From the human T2T-CHM13v2.0 reference genome, Homo sapiens: 64,000 bases of DNA. The position numbers and the translations under genes were made by a program. Positions 57,576 through 64,000 of this stretch are shown in pieces. Numbering within the stretch: position 1 is the first letter of the stretch; each line of letters begins with the position of its first letter. Under the pieces are notes generated by a model, which worked only from the letters and a program-made list of their open reading frames with translations, searched no databases and had not been told where the DNA came from. Location: assembly GCF_009914755.1 (NCBI RefSeq), contig NC_060925.1. One strand, given 5' to 3'.

Positions 57576-57787
57576 TTCTTTGTAATACGTCTCTTTAAGC
57601 ATCGTGCTGGAGAGGCCATGACAATCATTACCTCTGGAGATTTGCGGAGGAAAGCTGGAAAAGGAAAGCCCCGGGATCATCTGGTTTGTCCTCCCCTGTT
57701 TTCATCTACTCTTTTCCTCAGGGAAGCTTATATTGTGTCCAGGAGTCGCATCGCAGCTGCGTCACTGGTGGATTAAGATCCGCTGAT

Positions 57788-58139
<352 letters not shown>

Positions 58140-58419
58140 TCAGAAGCAAGAGCAGAACCGAAAATACTTTTCTCTATGTCGTTCTCTCTCTCCTACCTGT
58201 GAACATCAACCTTCCACACACACCGGTTCAAAACCGCCTTGGTCTCTAAGGGAGATTTACCATTTTTCACAGGTCCCGTAAGCCATGTTTCCTTCTTGCT
58301 TCTACAGTTTTTCCAGGGCTGAGTTTCAGGAGCTGGTCAGCAGTGCAGGCTACTTCAATATCCTGGTTCAAAACCATTTGTCTGGTTTTGCTAGTAAAGT
58401 GCCTCCTAGACCAGAGATA

Positions 58420-61030
<2,611 letters not shown>

Positions 61031-61034
61031 ATAT

Positions 61035-61440
61035 GTTGGATGCTTAATTGCATGTGTAAATTTGGCTGGGCCATGGTGCCCAGATATTTGGTCAAATATT
61101 ATTCTGACGTTTCTGTGAAAGTGTTTTTTGATGAAATGAGACATTGAAATCAGCCGACTTTGAGTAAAGCAGATGACACTCCATAGTGTGAGTTGGCCTC
61201 ATCTAGTCAGGTGAAGGCCTTAATAGTATAAAACCTGACCTCCCCCTAACAAGGAGGAATTCTGCCAGCAGATTCCCTTTAGACTTGAACTGCAACTCTC
61301 TCCCGAGTCTCCAGCCTACTCGCCTACCTCATCAGATTTGGTCTCACCAAGCTTCCACAATTATATGAGCCAATTCCTTAAAATCAGTCTCAATCTCTCT
61401 CTCTCTCTCTGTCTCTCTTCTCTCTCTCTCTCTCCTCTCC
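61035..61440 (+). mobile_element. MLT2 LTR
   Basis: 'tgcccagatatttggtcaaatattattctg...tttgagtaaagcagat...agccaattccttaaaat' followed by (CT)n. Confidence 0.8.
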
Positions 61441-61551
61441 ATCTTCATCTCTATCTTCTATTATGAGAAGTGGCAGGTAAAGAAGATAGGAAAAAGAAAA
61501 CAAATCATGTAATTGTCATATGGAAATATTTGATGTTGAAAATTATAATTT

Positions 61552-61843
61552 AGGCCAGGGGCGATGGCTCACGCCTGTAATCCAGCACTTTGGGAGGCCG
61601 TGGCAGGCAGATCACGAGGTCAGGAGATCCAGACCATGGTGAAACCCCGTCTCTACTAAAAATACAAAAAATTAGCCGTGTGCGGTGGCTGGCGCCTGTA
61701 GTCACAGCTACTCTGGAGGCTTAGGCAGAATGGCGTGAACCTGGGAGGCGGAGCTTGCAGTGAGCCGAGATCACACCACTGCACTCCAGCCTGGGCCACA
61801 GAGCGAGACTCCATCTCAAAAAAAAAGAAAAAGAAAAAAGAAA
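61552..61843 (+). mobile_element. AluY-like SINE
   Basis: 'aatggcgtgaacctgggaggcggagcttgcagtgagccgagatc' and an A tail. Confidence 0.88.
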
Positions 61844-62089
61844 ATTATAATTTAAAACGTATAAACCAAATATTAGAAGTGTGTCCAGTTCAAAGGGGAA
61901 AAAACTATCAAGAACATTTTAGTGCAATATTAAACTTGACCTATACAACCCTTCCTAAATGCCAAAGGCATACACAGACAAACACACACACTATCAGAGA
62001 ATACAAATAACTAGAACAAAGAAATGTAGTAAATACAATCTACAACATATGGTAAACATAGCCTACAATGTGGAAGTGTTTAGAAAATA

Positions 62090-63326
62090 AACTCGGAAAT
62101 AAAAATGTTTTTATTAATTCGTATCATTACCTGCCAAAACCAATCAACATAATAAAAGATTATAACACTGAATGTAAAAAAACAATTCACCAGTCCAAAG
62201 TGATAGACAAAAAATTTTAGTTGTATGGATTAAAGTTAACTGTGGACAAAAATTAAAACCCAGGCAGGAAATTTTTTTTTCAACAACAGAAACTAGCAAA
62301 AACAAGGATATAGTAAAAACTGAAATAGAAAATTTCCAGTGTAGAGATATGAATATAATAATAGACACAGGCAGGGATGATTAATAAATGATAAAATGTT
62401 TAGAGGATGATCATTAGAATACAGGACATTTATACTCTTGAAAACCACTTTCCCAAATACTTCATTATAAGTAAGGTGTCTCTAAAAGGGACAGGTCTTC
62501 TAGATTCCTCCTTAACCAAGTGACAGTCCTAGTATCACGATAATGGTGATGGACAAACTGGACCTTCTCTGCCTGCAGATGGGCTGAGGTAGGAAACTCT
62601 CAGTAGTGACTCTGCAGTGTTCCTGGCAAAACGTTTAGGCTGAATTTAATCATGAGGACATTTTCAGACAACTTCAGAATGTAGAACATTGAGCCAGACA
62701 GCTGACCTGTCCTCTACAAACAAGTCCATGTCACCACCATCCATGACAACAACAAAAAGATGAGGAGATACTTTCGGTTCAAAATAACTAAAGAAATGTA
62801 GCTACATTATGTTTTTACTTTTTTTGAACCCAAAATGTCTCTTCTCCTTTTTGTTGTGTGATTCATGGTGACATGGACTGTGTGAAGGAGACAGGTCAGT
62901 TGTCCTGCTCAGTGTTCTACATTCTGCAGTTGTCTGGTGATTACCTCCTATGAAACTCAGGCTAAGCATTTTTAGCAAGAACATGGCATTGTTCATATTC
63001 TGCACCGGCAAATTCCCTGTTGTCTACAGGATGGAAGTGAGAGGAGCAGGGCTAAAGCCTCTCAATGCTGTTTGTCCATCTGGCTTTGGTCTTCCTAAGT
63101 GTTGATATCAAGTGGAGGCTGAAGGACTGTGGCTTCTCTAACCAAAATTGTGGGTTAACAATTGTCAAGAGCAGTCAGTGGTTCTGAAATACAATCCTCA
63201 GCCATGGATCCCTCCTGTGTTGTGTTGAGCTTTCAATTGCTTTGCTCTTTTAGTTTTTTTCATCAAACGAAAATGCTTTTTGTGATATCCTTTCTTTCTT
63301 TTCATTGTTCCAGCAGCATTTAGTAT
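62090..63326 (-). pseudogene. NBPF-family terminal exon and 3'UTR (pseudogene or partial duplicate); upstream exons not in the window
   Basis: Minus-strand acceptor ctttccttctctgtctcctacAG|ATACTAAATGCTGCTGGA. Translations ILNAAGTMKRKKG and DTKCCWNNEKKERISQK resemble NBPF4/6/7 C-termini as I recall them. The UTR text 'ggctgaggattgtatttcagaaccactgactgctcttgacaattgttaaccc' matches my recollection of NBPF mRNAs. AATAAA at 62110-62115. Confidence 0.75.
62617..62986. repeat. Spacer-less inverted repeat (foldback), arms ~185 bp
   Basis: Centre aatgtag|ctacatt (62795-62808). 'cagacaacttcagaatgtagaacattgagc' pairs with 'gctcagtgttctacattctgcagttgtctg'. Confidence 0.9.
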
Positions 63327-64000
63327 CTGTAGGAGACAGAGAAGGAAAGATCAAATGGGCATCTTTGTCAGGTCCTGCTGATGGCTGAGTCTAGAGGGAC
63401 TGCTAAGTGGTGATAGCCCAGGGGCAAACTGAGCTCCTGCTAGGAGGATGAGCTGAAGGCTGAGCCGAAGGCTGAGTGAAGAGGCAAGTGCCATCCACAA
63501 GTGAAAAGTAAATGCCCCTGAACTTCCAGTCAGCTGAGGTGAAGGATATAGGGACCCTAGCTCTGCCCAACCAGCAGCCAGTGACATCAGCCCCTTTCCT
63601 CCTGATTCCTTCTGTCTGGAGCAGAGTGATGGCTTTTCACACCCCTCAGTGAGGATGTTCTCAGCATCAACCATGAAAGCTCAGAAACAGAGGGCTGCAG
63701 AAGGAAAGGACCTTTTACAGAGAAACCCACTCCCTTACAGCTCCATGTCCCCGTCTCTTAGGGAAGGGTGTGCAGGGCCATGGGAAGAACCCTGGAGGTG
63801 AGATACAGGAAGGACCTCAGACCACATCCACATCCAGTTCTGCCTTTTACAACAGAGGAGCAGTGATGCCACAGGGCTGACTTAACTAAAGCCACGTGAC
63901 TTGCTATTGACAACCCTGAAACTAGAACCCACGCACGAAGTCCCTTTCAATAAGTTGGAGAGAAGAGAGAGTCAATTCTCCAATCTGGAGTTCTTGACAG

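Overview
This is primate, almost certainly human, repeat-rich non-coding genomic DNA. Its content matches what I recall of the chromosome 1q21 tRNA / variant-U1 / NBPF segmental-duplication region; that placement is from memory and was not searched. I see no intact protein-coding gene, and the ORF track is explained by Alu, L1, LTR and GC-rich noise. Main content: (1) a large palindrome with arms 1-5665 and ~12893-18579 around a ~7.2 kb spacer that starts with a SATR-type satellite; (2) intact tRNA-His(GTG) and tRNA-Gln(CTG), an atypical tRNA-Asn(ATT), two tRNA-Gly(CCC) pseudogenes and a cryptic tRNA-Asn relic with a perfect B box; (3) a divergent U1 snRNA variant with complete PSE/DSE promoter and altered 5' splice-site recognition end; (4) a decayed ERV1-class provirus and several solo LTRs; (5) an NBPF-like terminal exon whose 3'UTR holds a ~370-bp spacer-less foldback. 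I found no convincing wholly new biological system. The strongest leads are the variant U1, the repeated tRNA-CpG-tRNA cassette, the NBPF hairpin and the palindrome's divergence gradient. Repeat boundaries and subfamily names are by eye and approximate.
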